Below, piece by piece: positions 1 to 13,860 of a stretch of DNA of 64,000 bases. The notes under the pieces were generated by a model. The model was given only the letters and a program-made list of their open reading frames with translations, had not been told where the DNA came from and did no database searches. This DNA comes from Eledone cirrhosa (Eukaryota), in the NCBI GenBank assembly GCA_964016885.1, contig OZ024745.1, positions 80,476,001 through 80,540,000 on the forward strand, written 5' to 3'. The position numbers were made by a program, and so were the translations under genes. The number at the start of each line of letters is the position of its first letter. The stretch's first letter is position 1.

Positions 1-72
1 ATAATATATATATATATATATTATATATATATATTATATATATATATTATATATATATATATATATTATATA

Positions 73-120
<48 letters not shown>

Positions 121-304
121 ATATATAATATATATATATATATATATATTATATATAAATTATATATATAATATATATATATATATAAATTATATATATA
201 ATATATTATATATAAATTATATATATAATATATTATATATAAATTATATATATATATATATATAATATATATAAATTATATATATATATATATTATATAT
301 AATT

Positions 305-344
<40 letters not shown>

Positions 345-1090
345 ATTTATATATAATATATATATATATATATATTATATATATAATTTATATATAATAT
401 ATATATATATATATTATATATATAATTTATATATAATATATCTATATATATTATATATATATAATTTATATATAATATATATATATATATATATAATTTA
501 TATATATATATATATATTATATATATATAATTTATATATATTATATATATATATATATATAATTTATATATAATATATATATATATATATTATATATATA
601 TAATTTATATATATTATATATATATATATATATAATTTATATATAATATATTATATATATAATTTATATATATATATATATTATATATATAATTTATATA
701 TAATATATATATATATATATTATATATATAATTTATATATAATATATATATATATATATTATATATATATAATTTATATATAATATATATATATATATTA
801 TATATATATAATTTATATATATTATATATATATATAATTTATATATAATATATATATATATTATATATATATAATTTATATATATTATATATATAATATA
901 TATATATATAATTTATATATATTATATATATAATATATATATATATAATATATATATATATAATTTATATATATTATATATATAATATATATATATATAA
1001 TATATATATATTATATATATAATATATATAATATATATATATTATATATATAATATATATATATATAATATATATATAATATATATATAT
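1..1090. repeat. (TA)n-rich low-complexity tract with recurring TATAATTTATATA-type interruptions
   Basis: Almost pure A/T dinucleotide sequence for about 1.1 kb. Confidence 0.95.
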
Positions 1091-1163
1091 TTATTTATTT
1101 ATTTATATACACGCTTACACACACACACATATTTATATGTGCGTGGTTTTGTTTACCTATGGT

Positions 1164-1623
1164 AATAAAGCAATGCAGATATCGGATAAGAAGCACTCTA
1201 CAGTTTGTAGGACTGGAGTATACATCATATATAAGAACGAAAGATGGTTAAAAGAGGTCCATGTATTTTATTATGCGCATTTGAAAAACAAATATCATCA
1301 TGCAATAATATGTGTTTTCATCAGATAAAACAGGAAGACATAATATGAAGGTTAAAAAACACTTGTGGATAGTGCAGTTTTAAATCAACATAAATATGTT
1401 GATTTAAAACTGCACTATCCACAAGTGTTTTTTAACCCTCATATCATGTCTTCCTGTTTTATCTGATGAAAACAAATATTATTGCATGATGATATTTGTT
1501 TATGAAATGCGCATAATAAAATACATGGACCTCTTTTAACCATCTTTTGTTCTTATATATTATGTATACTCCAGTCCTACAAACTGTAGAGTGCTTCTTA
1601 TCCGATATCTGCATTGCTTTATT
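1164..1623. mobile_element. Fold-back (palindromic) element, ~230-bp arms, with hammerhead-like motif; probable Penelope-like terminal repeat
   Basis: 1164-1392 is the near-perfect reverse complement of 1395-1623; flanked by TA-rich microsatellite. Confidence 0.75.
1456..1522 (+). ncRNA. Degenerate minimal type I hammerhead ribozyme motif
   Basis: GTTTTAT-CTGATGA-14 bp stem II-(extra AT)-GAAA-TGCGCA-TA-ATAAAAT; stem I pairs, palindromic stem III. Confidence 0.55.
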
Positions 1624-1663
1624 GTACTACAATAAAACTCACCTCCTACATATATATTATATG

Positions 1664-1708
<45 letters not shown>

Positions 1709-1941
1709 GTCATTTAACATCTGTTTTCCCTATTAGCAAGGGTTGGACATGTCATCACAGAACCTTTGTCCTCCAGGTGGGCCGGGGCCTGACATACGAT
1801 CCTGCACTCAACTGAATGCAAAGCCTTAAATCGCTTAAAAAAAGCTTCAGGCACTGCTTGATATGTGACATTTTTTGTGATGTGATGTGTGTGTGTGTGT
1901 ATATATTTATGTATATATATATATATAATATATATACATAT

Positions 1942-2623
1942 ACTAGCTAAACTACCCGTCCTTTGGACGGTACAAGTAGCTTTCGATGTAGCTCATTAAA
2001 CTAAACAAAGTAAATTTGAATACACAGAAGAAAAACGTACTTTATGTAAACATGAAACCCTTAGGCACTATTCCAGCGAAATAATTATGTGAGCTCGATG
2101 TCTTTTTTGACAACAGTAAAAGCGCATCATGAAATAGAGAAGTCAAGTGAATAATAGACATTATTATGTACGAAGCATAATATTGTAAAAGTTATGACAT
2201 CACTTAATGTATGTGCAAGGATAAGCTCTGTAAAAAATTATACAATGTCAAATCTATAACTTAACTTAGTAATCTGTTAGAAATTGCTGGTTGTGAAATA
2301 TACAAAATGATATTGTTAGTCTCAAGGAAGCGTACCTTTTGTTTCAAGTACAAAGAGTAAATTAAAATCCGAATGAGCCGAATTACGAAAGATAACTCTT
2401 GTCTTACTTAATCACCAAAAATTCACACAAATAACCAAAACTTTTTTAATGTCTCCAAAGGCCCCAATATTGATTTTTGAAAGCCTTAGTAGGTCATGTA
2501 CAGGTTTTGTGCAAGGATAAGCTCTGTAAAAAATTTCACAGAAATCGCATGAATGGTTTAGAATATGAGCCCACATTAAAAATTGTCCACACACACATAC
2601 AGAAAACTTAGTCTTTATATATA
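1942..2623 (-). mobile_element. Non-autonomous Helitron-like element
   Basis: Minus-strand 3' end has CCGTCC-AAA-GGACGG hairpin followed by CTAG; other end is ...CTTTATATATAT. Confidence 0.6.
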
Positions 2624-2666
2624 TTGTGTGTATATATATATATGTGTGTGTGTGTATATTTATGTA

Positions 2667-2697
<31 letters not shown>

Positions 2698-2712
2698 GTG
2701 TATATATATATA

Positions 2713-2795
<83 letters not shown>

Positions 2796-2826
2796 ATATA
2801 TATATATGTGTGTGTGTGTATATATC
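2624..2826. repeat. (TA)/(TG) compound microsatellite
   Basis: Direct inspection. Confidence 0.95.
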
Positions 2827-4225
2827 TGTTAGAACACGAAAAGTGTGAAACACAGAATGTTCACTTTTCGTGTTCTAACATATATGCCTAGCTTCTTTAA
2901 AAATTTTTCGGGATAGCCGTGGTGGTGGTGATCGTATGTCATTGGCTAATTTTCAACCAATCAGAGTACCTCTCTCTATATCTCTTCCACTGTTACTTAC
3001 GCCTGTTTCTCTCTATCTGTTCCGTCTCTATATATATCTCTTACTCTTTCGCTTTGCACTCCTCCCCTTATATCTCTTACTCTTTCGCTTTGCACTCCTC
3101 CCCTTCAATACCATCTCTCCCCCTCTCTATATATTTGTTACTCTATCGCTGCACGCTCCTCTCCTTCAATATATCAATTACACACGCTTTACACTCCTTT
3201 ATCCCCAGCGCCCCTATATATACACCCCCCTCTCCCGCATCTATATTTTAATGTACCGTTGCACCGTGAATATATGTGTCTATATATATATACATATATA
3301 TTGTATATACACATTCATGTATGTGTATACACATTCATGTATGTATATACACTGGTTTTATGTGTGTATTGTAAATTTGTACTGTTAAAACACGAAACTA
3401 ACATTCGATTGACACTTTGATTACCTGTACAGGCAATAGTTATTAGAATGCTGTTGAAGTGTGTATATATTTTTGGGGGACATCCTGTATATACACACAT
3501 TATATATAATACAATAAACAGATAAATACACACATATATATATGAGCTTATTTAATTATAAATATTGTGAATTTTTAACTCAGTTCAATTATATATATAA
3601 ATGGCTTCTACAGGACTAGAACTGTTTCATTCGAAAGAAATCATCATAATATTGAGAGGGGGGACTAGATAAAATATTTCAAATCAAATGTGTATAAGTT
3701 ATAAGTTAAAATGTATAAATAGAGACGATAGTGGAGGTATATCTGTTTAATGAAACAGCAGACGATAGAATTAAGGCAATTTAAATTTTAAGCATTTGCA
3801 TTTTTGCCTTTCATCGTTACGGGGTCGATAAAATAAAGTACCAGTAATACACTGTCACTATAAGTAGACGACTTTCAAATTGAATTGTTGGTTCCATTTC
3901 TTTAGTATTTTCAATTGTAGTTATCTACTTAAAAAGCGTTACACGGTTAGAGACATAATTGGTAAGTTATATCTTCCCTATTAAACCATTGCATTATTTC
4001 GCCTACAATAGAACAAAAATGAAATGTTCTTTAAAGAAACAGGAATATAACTTTATAAAAAAAAAAGTTGCATCCGCTTCTTTTATCATTGATAATTTTT
4101 TCGTTTTAATATTAATTGTTTTTTGTAGTTGTTTATATTAAAAATCTTACTGTAATATTTATATTTACTTAAACGAAGGCAAACATCTAAACTTATAGAT
4201 TAATCTTGAGCGAAGGACTAGATAA

Positions 4226-4226
4226 A

Positions 4227-4323
<97 letters not shown>
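4226..4323. repeat. (TC)n microsatellite
   Basis: Direct inspection. Confidence 0.95.
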
Positions 4324-4324
<1 letters not shown>

Positions 4325-5441
4325 AACGAAGAATGATAAAATTTCAAGCAAAGAGTTTAATTAGGTATATTTTGTAATATTATTAACTAATTATTATAAT
4401 TAACGCGCATATTTTGCTATCCTCAAACACGTTTACACATGGCATGAAATATAACTAATCCGAGATGGCTAGGTTTCATCTTCTAACTGGATAAACGAAA
4501 TCCATTATGTCTTGACAACAACATGAGGTAACATTATGTTATTCACAGACACACTTTGTACACTGTTCCATATCAGAATGTATTTCCTTCGTCACATTCA
4601 CAAACAGTATTGAAAATATGTTCTTCGGCAAATAAAAATGTTTTGTTCATAATATTTCAACTAGCGATTGCTCTACTTCACGCACGACCACCATAAATTA
4701 ATGACCAGCTCAACACAAGTATTGGTAGAGCGTCAGACACCATGCTTTGCAGTATTGTTATGGTCCTTTGCATTCTAAGTTCAAATCCTGCCGAGGTTAA
4801 CTTCGACTTTCATACTTACTAATTCGATAAAATAAAGTACCAGTAATGGACTGCCGTAATGGATTTGTGCCGAAAAATAGAAACACTATTAATGTGCAAT
4901 AAGAGCAAAATATAACGACATTGCTCAATTATTTTATCTAATGTTGTAATAACACAAGGAAATGTTGTTTGTGTATTTTTTTTTATATTTGCTCATAGGC
5001 TTTTACAATTTCGCTCAGCCAACAACTATTAAAAAGTGAGTTGCTTAAGATAACAATTTAATCACAAATTGTTGCTATCTTTTAATACACTCCAACAAGT
5101 CATCAAATTATGTACAATAAAAACAAATCTTATTAATTTGCTCAGGGAATATAAAGAAAATGTATATACACTGATAATTGCAAATGTATGTAAATATTTT
5201 GTTTTTGTATTGTATATTTTATGTTTTCTATTATGTATAATATATTGATTTAATATTGATTGTTTTTTGTAGTTGTTTATATTAAAAGTCTGAAAATATT
5301 TTTATACATCTTACACTAATATTTATAAGATAATTTATAATAACAATTACATAATCTAATTACATTACAACGATAATTTATTATTAATATATATCCTGTT
5401 TAACTAGAGTTATTACAAGCGTTGCCTTAAAAAAATATTAA

Positions 5442-6388
5442 ACTAGACATGAAAAATGCGCAAGCTCAAAAGTGCCACAGAATGTTATAATAAACCTTCA
5501 AAAGTGTGGGACTAGAGTTGTTGCTAAAAAATATTGTAATCATTATATATCGTACATTCTGTGGCATCCTTTATAAAAATAGCTTAAACCAACGAAGCCT
5601 TTATTTTTACGCTATTTCACTTAGTTAATTCTTAGAGTGTAACATATAAAAATAAATACATCTATGTTTAATGTAATAACAGCTATAAATAATTACGTAA
5701 TATTATTATCATATACTCATAGTAACAAAATAATTGTGTTGAAACTTAATATGATGCTTATATGAACGATCAAATCTATAATGATAATTTCTAATAGTAA
5801 AATAATTTAGTTATCTATTGTTACATTTTCATAGAACTATAATATTAACAATCGTATTGCATTATCAAATTTTTATCACTACAAACTTTCATATTGGAAT
5901 TACCTTAAGCCACTTATTATTACTTCGCTTTCGTACTTTTACAGCTGTAGATATTGCGCTGTATCTTATATCTAATATCAATATCTCGTGGTAATTTGCA
6001 TGAAGTGTAAAATAGGTTTATTAATAACTTTAATATGAAATGTATTATACAGGGCTGCGGAGTCGGTCAAAAATTGACTGGCTCCAACTCAGGATCCGAT
6101 ACTCCATTATTTCCTAAATTTCAGCTCCGCAGCTCTGTTATTATATTAATTAATTTATTTTATAGTTGTAAATCATATTTTTATATGTTACACTCTAAGA
6201 ATTAACTAAGTGAAATAGCGTAAAAATAAAGGCTTCGTTGGTTTAAGCTATTTTTATAAAGGATGCCACAGAATGTACGATATATAATGATTACAATATT
6301 TTTTAGCAACAACTCTAGTCCCACACTTTTGAAGGTTTATTATAACATTCTGTGGCACTTTTGAGCTTGCGCATTTTTCATGTCTAGT
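5442..6388. repeat. Essentially perfect 213-bp inverted duplication (5442-5654 / 6176-6388)
   Basis: ACTAGACATGAAAAATGCG...CATATAAAAATA is matched by its reverse complement, which ends next to the RTE 3' end. Confidence 0.9.
6050..6137. mobile_element. Small hAT-type MITE
   Basis: TIRs CAGGGCTGCGGAG / CTCCGCAGCTCTG; 8-bp TSD GTATTATA/TTATTATA. Confidence 0.65.
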
Positions 6389-6785
6389 ATATATATGTGT
6401 GTGTCATCATCATCTTCATCGTTTAACGTCCATCTTACACGCTTGCATGGGTTTGGACGGGAGTTTTCCCACTTGAGGCAAGATTGGTTGTCCTGCTCGT
6501 ATAGGACTGTCTGGCGGGTTTTCTACGGCTGGATGCCGTAGAAAACACCAACCACGTTTACAGTGTGGACTGGGAGGTTTTTACTGTGTTACCTACACGG
6601 CCAAATTACAGCGTGGACTGTGTTTTTTTTGTCGTGACACCTACACGACCTCATTTGTTTCGGACTGGATGTTGTGGTACCCACATAACTTTACATTTAA
6701 GGGGGTGGTGTGGATGGGGTGGGGGTAGTGGGACGGAGGTGTATTTTGTTAGAGGTGCCTACTGACTGTAGGTTTTGCTTTGTAC

Positions 6786-8223
6786 TTAGGCAAGGCGGGT
6801 CTTCTGTATAACTGTGTAGCGCCAAAGATCTCGGTCCAATGACATCGTCTTGGAGAGGTGTAAGTGTGTGAGGTCGGAATTTATCAAGTCGTCCCAGGTC
6901 TTTCTGGGTCTGCTTACTCCGTGGCTACCGTCTATTTTTATCGCCCTGCACTTTTTTATACAGCTGTCGTCTTTCATGCGCATCACGTGACCGTACCAAC
7001 GTAGTCTTCTCTCGAGTAAACAACATCTGATCCCTCTTATTCCTAATTTCTCCCTTAGTTCGTTTATGCTTTGCCGTTCATGTATATTACTATTACACAT
7101 CCAGCGGAGCATGCAAGCTTCGTTTCTCTCCAGTCTGCGTATATCCTCTGCACACAATGCCCAGGTCTCACTGCCATGTAACATTGCTGTTCGTATGCAG
7201 ACATCATACAGCCTGCCTTTCATTTTTAGAGAGTACCTTTTAGCGGCCAATAGTAGTATAGCTAGTATTCTGTGGGCACTTGCTGCTATTTATTGCACCA
7301 GAGCACTGGCCACATATAAAATCTATATTCTTAGTTAGCTTACCTGTGATCTCACTACATCTTTTATGCACCCATACTTTGCATTTGGGACATAAAATGG
7401 AGTTTCTGTCTACTCCTTTCCTACACACTGAGCATGGCCATTTCCCAGATGGGACCGGTGCCCTATTTTCCTTCCTACAAACTAGATCTTTAGTCTTAGA
7501 CAAGTTAACTTTAAGGCCTTTTGATTCTAGGCCATGCTTCCATGTTTGGAATTTCTTCTCTAGTTCAGCCATTGATTCAGCTATGAGCGTGAGATCATCT
7601 GCATATAGGAGTTCCCATGGGAAGCCGGTCTTGAACTCCTCTGTTATAGCCTGAAGGGCAATAATAAATAGTAGGGAGCTAAGAACGGAGCCCTGATGAA
7701 CACTAACTTTTACACTAAACTCTTCACTATATTCGTTGTTAATTCTAACCTTGCTGACTGTTTCTTTATACATGGCTTGTATAGCTCTCACAAGCCATTC
7801 ATCAACACCTACTTTTCTAAGGGCCCACCAGATAATCGAGTGGGGTACTCTGTCAAAGGCTTTCTCCAAGTCAACAAAAGCTAAGTATAGGGGTTTACTT
7901 TTAGCTAGGTACTTCTCCTGTAGTTGTCGTACAATGAAAAGAGCGTCTGTTGTACTTTTACCTGACACAAACCCGAACTGCATTTCATCTAGATCAATTC
8001 GCTCTCTGATTAGTTGCCCTATTACTTTTTCTGTGACCTTCATGACCTGGTCAATTAATTTAATGCCTCTATAGTTTCCCCTATCTAGGGCATCTCCTTT
8101 ACCCTTGTAGCAGTTAATGATGATGCTGCTACGCCAGTCCTTCGGAACGATCCCATTCTGTATGACTTGGTTTAGTATCCGGGTGACCATAGTGTGTCCC
8201 ACCGTTCCAGGTGCTTTCAGCAT
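6786..8223 (-). pseudogene. RTE ORF C-terminal part: reverse transcriptase, C4HC3 (PHD-like) finger and C-terminus
   Basis: NYRGI, QFGF, FVDLEKAFD, HQGSVLS, LYADD, RLRWYGHVMR; ~135-bp deletion near 7258 relative to copy 2. Confidence 0.93.
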
Positions 8224-8224
8224 T

Positions 8225-9661
8225 TCAGCAACTATTTCTGAAGGCCTTGCCTGTCTTCATATCTTTGATCGCCTTACTTATTATACTAACTTCAACTTGC
8301 ACTGCTAGTCCCTCTATTGGATCAATGTGGGGGAGACTGTCTTTCTCCCAATTATTCTCCTCATTTAGTAGCCTTTCGTAGTGACACTTCCAAGCTACCT
8401 TCTTATCAGCGTCAGTGATGGCAAGTACACCATCATCTTTAAGGACACACTTCTCCCCGACAATATCACGGTTTTCCTTGACACATTGCCTAGCAATCCT
8501 GAACACCTCACGTTTTTGGCCCTCGCATTGTAGAACATGCTTGAACTTTCTTTCCTCTGCTTCCCTTCTTGCGAAGTACACTTGTCTCCTAGCTTCCCTC
8601 CTGGCCACTTGATAATCTTCTCTACTTCCCCCATCCTGCCATGCTTTCCAAGCCTGCTTTTTGGCCTTGATTGACTCCTCCACCTTACTGTTCCACCACC
8701 AAGTTACTCTCCTCCTGCCTATAAGTCTGCTCCAGCCACAGATTTCATCTGTCGCCTTCAGCAGGTTAGCTTTCAGGAATACCCACTGTTCCTCTATATT
8801 ATACGACTCTAATTGCTCTTCCTTACTATCAAAAGCATCAAATAATATGCTTTTAAATTTATTACTGGCTGTGGGGTCCTTTAGCTTCCATAGTTTTCTC
8901 CTGAAGATAGTCCTCTTCTTTTGTCGAGTACGTCTCGTCCTGACTATGAGGTCGCTAATTATGAGTCTATGTTGAGAGGTGCATTCTTCATGGGGGAGGG
9001 ATTTAGTGTTTACAACAGACACTCTGTCACGTCTTCTGGTAAGGATATAATCTACCTGGCTGGTGTGTTCCCCTGATCTATAGGTGATCAAGTGATTGTC
9101 TCGTTTTTTGAAGTTAGTGTTACAGATAGTTAGGTTATTTGCGTCACAGAATTCTAGGATTCTGGAGCCTTCCTCATTTCTAGTACCAAACCCATAGCCT
9201 CCATGGATTCCGTCATAGCCGTCACAATGTTGTCCAACGTGACCATTTAGGTCGCCAGCGATAACTATGTAGTCACTGTCGGTTATTTGGGAGGTAGTGA
9301 GCATTAACGTCTCATAGAATCTGTCTTTTATAACGCCAGGCAGACAGGATTGTGGTGCATATGCAGATATTATTGTCACAGTAGTTCTATTGAGGACAAG
9401 TCTTATTTTAATTATTCTGTCGTTCACTCTATTTACGTCTATTATCTTATCTGCCCACTTTTCTGCTACCATGATTCCTACTCCACCCAGCCCATTGTCA
9501 TTTCCCACCCAGAAAAGCTTATAGCATCGTTCTTTACCCACAATGAATCTAGCAGACCCACCCCTCCACCTGGTCTCTTGAATACAGCAAACATCGACCT
9601 CCTTACGTTCAAGCATTTCTACAACCTCGTTAGAGCGACCTTTTAAGGTGCCCACATTCAT
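8225..9661 (-). pseudogene. RTE ORF N-terminal part: apurinic-like endonuclease and linker
   Basis: NVGTL, CIQETRW, SAYAPQ, AGDLNGH, QVDYIL, SQHRL motifs; an 8-bp deletion near 8245 shifts the frame. Confidence 0.93.
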
Positions 9662-10520
9662 GGTACCAACTTTGAAGTTTTGGATTGCGTTTGGAGGGTG
9701 GGAACGGTGGGGCGCAGGGTGGGGTTAGGGAGATGGGGTTATGTTAGCCATCTGCGGCCGAAATAAAGAGGAGGAGTCCTTGAATTCTCGTCCGGCAGCA
9801 TGAGGTGAATTTGTCTTTATCTTTGGCATTGTCATTGAGTGTCCAGATTTTTTCTTTTCAAACTCTCCAGAATTCCATAGTCCATCCATCATATCGAAAG
9901 GCAACGAGGTCTAAACTTAAGAAGTGATAGCATAGGCCGTTGACTTATGATTGGCCCACGTAATAATGGTGGTGAGTGGGGGCGGGTGGGAAGGGTAGTT
10001 AGCGAGACGGTTTAAATAAAATCCTCGAATTTTGGGCATAATTTAACAAGCATACATAACAGTAATAAGAGAAGAATTATGGGAATTTAAAAAAAATACA
10101 AGATTGTTTTGTACAATCCGATAGAATTATCGAATAGCATTGAAAAAGCAAAGATTGGATTCTGGGCGAAATGATACAGATAGATGAATGGACCAGGGAA
10201 TAAAAAATGAAGAGAAGATTGAAAAAATAGCATTAGTACGTTACATTTCACCGAGCGAGCAGCCTAGTCTGAAAAGGGGTTGACGAATTCTGAGTTTTGT
10301 ACTTGCAAAATATTTATTTTATATTTAGAAAGAGAGGAAGGGATTGAGAGAGAACCAGCATGATATAGAAGGAGGGGGGGGGGGTGAAGAATAGGAGGGA
10401 GCAGAGAAGGTTAGGTTTAAATAAAATCCTCGAATTTTGGGCATAATTTAACAAGCATACATAACAGTAATAAGAGAAGAATTATGGGAATTTAAAAAAA
10501 AAAATATACAAGATTGTTTT

Positions 10521-10545
10521 ATGTATATATATATATGTATGTGTG

Positions 10546-10614
<69 letters not shown>

Positions 10615-10873
10615 ATGTATGTATATAATGTATGTGTGTGTGTATGTATGTATATAATGTATGTGTGTGTGTATGTATGTATATAATGTATGTGTGTGTG
10701 TATGTATGTATATAATGTATGTGTGTGTGTATGTATGTATATAATGTATGTGTGTGTGTATGTATGTATATAATGTATGTGTGTGTGTATGTATGTATAT
10801 AATGTATGTGTGTGTGTATGTATGTATATAATGTATGTGTGTGTATGTATATGTGTGTGTATATGTATATATA

Positions 10874-10910
<37 letters not shown>

Positions 10911-11174
10911 ATGTATATATGTGTATGTATGTATGTATATATATATGTGTATGTGTATGTATGTATATATATATGTGTATGTGTATGTATGTATATATAT
11001 ATGTGTATGTGTATGTATGTATATATATATATATATGTATGTGTATGTATGTATATATATATGTATGTGTATGTATGTATATATATATGTATGTGTATGT
11101 ATGTATATATATATGTATGTGTATGTATGTATATATATATGTGTGTGTATGTATGTATATGTATGATATATATA
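10521..11174. repeat. (TA)/(TG)/(TATG) compound microsatellite with 29-bp higher-order units
   Basis: Direct inspection. Confidence 0.95.
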
Positions 11175-11659
11175 ATTGTTTCTACTTTTTTGGCACAAGG
11201 CCAGCAATTACCCAGTGTATTACTGGTACTTTATGATATATATATAATGAGTTGGAGCGAGGTGTTAACATTTTGTTTATTCACGTGTGGCGCGCGTTTC
11301 ATCAGTTAGAGGTACAATCATCATTGATCGCACCTGACTCTGGAATCAATAGTTCACTAGATTTGTGGTTTTCTTAATGATGGTTGATATTTACATACAG
11401 CTTTAAATTACCTACTACTTATTATTAATATCATTAACAGCCTGCTTATGAGGGAGACCGACTATAGTATAATACCAAATGTCCAATAACACATACTATA
11501 CCAGACCCACTTAATGCATCGACTGCTCAAACTGGTGAACTGATAGTAATGTAAAGGATAAAGATCCCATAACACCTTGTGGAGTTGTAGAGGCACCGTC
11601 ATACAGCGTGTCAAGGGCACTTTAAAACCTGGTGGAGCCCAACCCTCTCTATGTCTGAA

Positions 11660-11850
11660 CACGGCCGTTTTTTTCTATAGCCGAAGAATCGACTCCAGTA
11701 CTGGACTGGTATTCTTTTTATCGACCTTGAAAGGAGGAAAGGCAAAGTTGACCACAGCGGGATTTGAATTCAGAGTGTGCAATGATGTGGGACGAATACT
11801 GTAAAGCATTCTATTCGACATCTTAACGACTCTGCCAATTTGCCGCCTTA
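11660..11850 (-). mobile_element. tRNA-derived SINE (family A)
   Basis: B-box-like TTCAAATCCC plus central ACTTTGCCTTTC..TCGATAAA..TACCAG motif shared with many copies in the window. Confidence 0.75.
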
Positions 11851-12477
11851 ATGTAAAGTTAGAAATCATTAAATTATGTGTGTATGTATGAGGTTCTAAA
11901 TTTTAGAATTCTATAAGCTTATCATTAATAAACTTTTTTCTTACTCTGATTCTCAAGATAAATCAGTTTCTACTCTGATTCTCAAGATAAATCAGTTTCT
12001 AGTTGATTAGTCTTTAAAATATTAAGGTTTTTGACTTGCTTTAGGTATGATATTGAATTCAATTCAAGAAGTACCAGCAAAAATTTATATATGTCGGGGT
12101 GTTTACAATGTCATCTTGTAATTTATGAATAAACTTTGGGGATGTAACTAAGCTGGTGCTAAATCTGATTTGATAATATTCCTTAAGAGCCTCAACTTTT
12201 GGGGATTTTACCAAAAGTGGCTGTGGGCAGTAGAATGCTTTTCAGGTTGTGACTTTTTTCCTATCTGATTGACATTAGTCATTGTAGTTTTGATGCCATT
12301 TCCGATCTGCTATGACAGATTTATAATATTTTGTATTTGTAGCATGCTGCACTGTTAGTGTGTGTGTGGGGGTGGTGTGGGGCGGGTGTATTGCTAGTGC
12401 TCCTGATTTTTTTTGAGCCCTCTGAAATTGGTGAGAGGAGGAAGGAAGGAAGTTGTCTTCAAACTAAAGACCTGACC

Positions 12478-12640
12478 CAGTGCTCGATTTAGGACTAACG
12501 AGACCCTGTGTTAAGTTATGAGGCCCCCTTACTTGGACCCTGAAGGAGTTAAAAAATCGTTTTGGCAGGGAGATGGCCTCCCCATTGCCCAACAGTCCTG
12601 TGCTTAAGCAAACCTAAACACAGTGGTAAATCCGGCACTG
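12478..12640. mobile_element. hAT-type MITE
   Basis: TIRs CAGTGCTCGATTTA / TAAATCCGGCACTG; perfect 8-bp TSD ACCTGACC (12470-12477, 12641-12648). Confidence 0.85.
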
Positions 12641-13394
12641 ACCTGACCTCTATGCTTGCAATAGACTGGACTCTGCTAAAGTTATCCAAGGACCAGGTGA
12701 CAGTGTTAAACCTGAAGACAGATTAAGTTGATTACCAAAGTAGGCCACTGTGAAATGTGAACTCAGGACACAACAAATGCCACAAGATATCTTACCAATT
12801 CCACTAATCCACGGCTCTTGACTGATGTTTTATTTTATCAACTTTGAAAGGATGAAAGTCAAAGTTGATGTTGGCTGGATTTGAACTCAGAACATATCTC
12901 ACAAGATTGTCTCATCTGATCCTCTCCATGGACTGGACTTTATTTTATTGACCTTGCAAAGTTGATCTCAATGGTCAACTCTGGTGCCTATTATCTTTTA
13001 GTTTTCAAATTCAACATTGAAATTATTATACTGCCTTCTTTCACACTTTACTTTCATATATATTTATGCTTTAGCTTTGCTTGCACTATTAGATTTTCCT
13101 TATACATTATTACTATATTTATTTGTTCATTTATGTATAATGTGTGGTGAAACTCATGAAGTGGTAGTAAATTCTTTCTGAGCATAGACCAGAGGATAGT
13201 TCTAATTATTGATTAGAATTATTCCACTGCACTTACAGTATATTGCTAATAATTACGGCTGTATCACAATATCTATTTCTCATAACTCTGAAATCAATAT
13301 GTAATCATCTTCTGATAGCTAACTACTACAGAATATAAAAAGTTTTGGAGAGATATTTGTCATACTTCAGTGAATTAAATTAATTATAATAATA

Positions 13395-13860
13395 TTTGTT
13401 TTTACTTTTGGCACAGGGCCAGCAATTTGAATGGTAGGGGAAAGTCGATTAAATCAACCCCAGTGTGTTTACTGGTACTTTATTTTATTGACCCCGTAAG
13501 GATGAAAGGCAATACTAACCTTGGCGGGATTTGAACTCAGAACATAGATGCATAATTATATGCTGCAAAGCACGTTGTCTGATGTTCAATGACTCTGCCA
13601 ATCTACCACCCTTCATGATTATAATAATGAAATTAATAATTAATGCAATAAGAGGGAGGTGGATTAGCAGAATTGGTTGAGCAGTGGATAAAATGCCATT
13701 GTGGTATTGTTCTGGCTCTGTTAAAATCCTGCCATGGTCAACTTTACCTTTCATCCTTTTAGGGTCAATAAAATAAAGTAGCAGTCATCTACTGACATTG
13801 ATTTAATCGACTTTACCTTTCTTCAAATTTGCTGGCCTTGTGCCTAAATTAGAAACCAAT
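13395..13860. mobile_element. Head-to-head pair of family A SINEs (13395-13615 minus; 13655-13860 plus)
   Basis: Same SINE body and tail (GCTGGCCTTGTGCCTAAA) in opposite orientations. Confidence 0.75.

Larger units (their letters stand above)
6404..10520 (-). mobile_element. Near full-length RTE-clade LINE, copy 1 (disabled)
   Basis: APE + RT ORFs, 3' (GAT)n tail, 5' UTR with a duplicated ~100-bp unit (10011-10110 / 10416-10520); homologous to 34521-38373. Confidence 0.93.

Noticed and set aside
2583-2891. ORFs rich in Y/I/C/V or T/H (also 10482-11309, 23147-23519, 24794-25341)
   Set aside because: Translations of TA/TG microsatellites
3600-3665. Minus-strand ATGATGA-TTTC..GAAT-GAAA hammerhead-like string
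   Set aside because: C3 is altered and no stem I pairing was found; at best a decayed relic
7066-8975. Plus-strand ORFs overlapping RTE copy 1 (and minus-strand equivalents in copy 2)
   Set aside because: Antisense shadows of the RT/APE frame
11250-11345. Minus-strand ATGATGA...GAAACGCGCG motif, and a CACGTG E-box/CLEAR-like site
   Set aside because: No stem I or II and no UH site; the E-box has no promoter or exon-1 context
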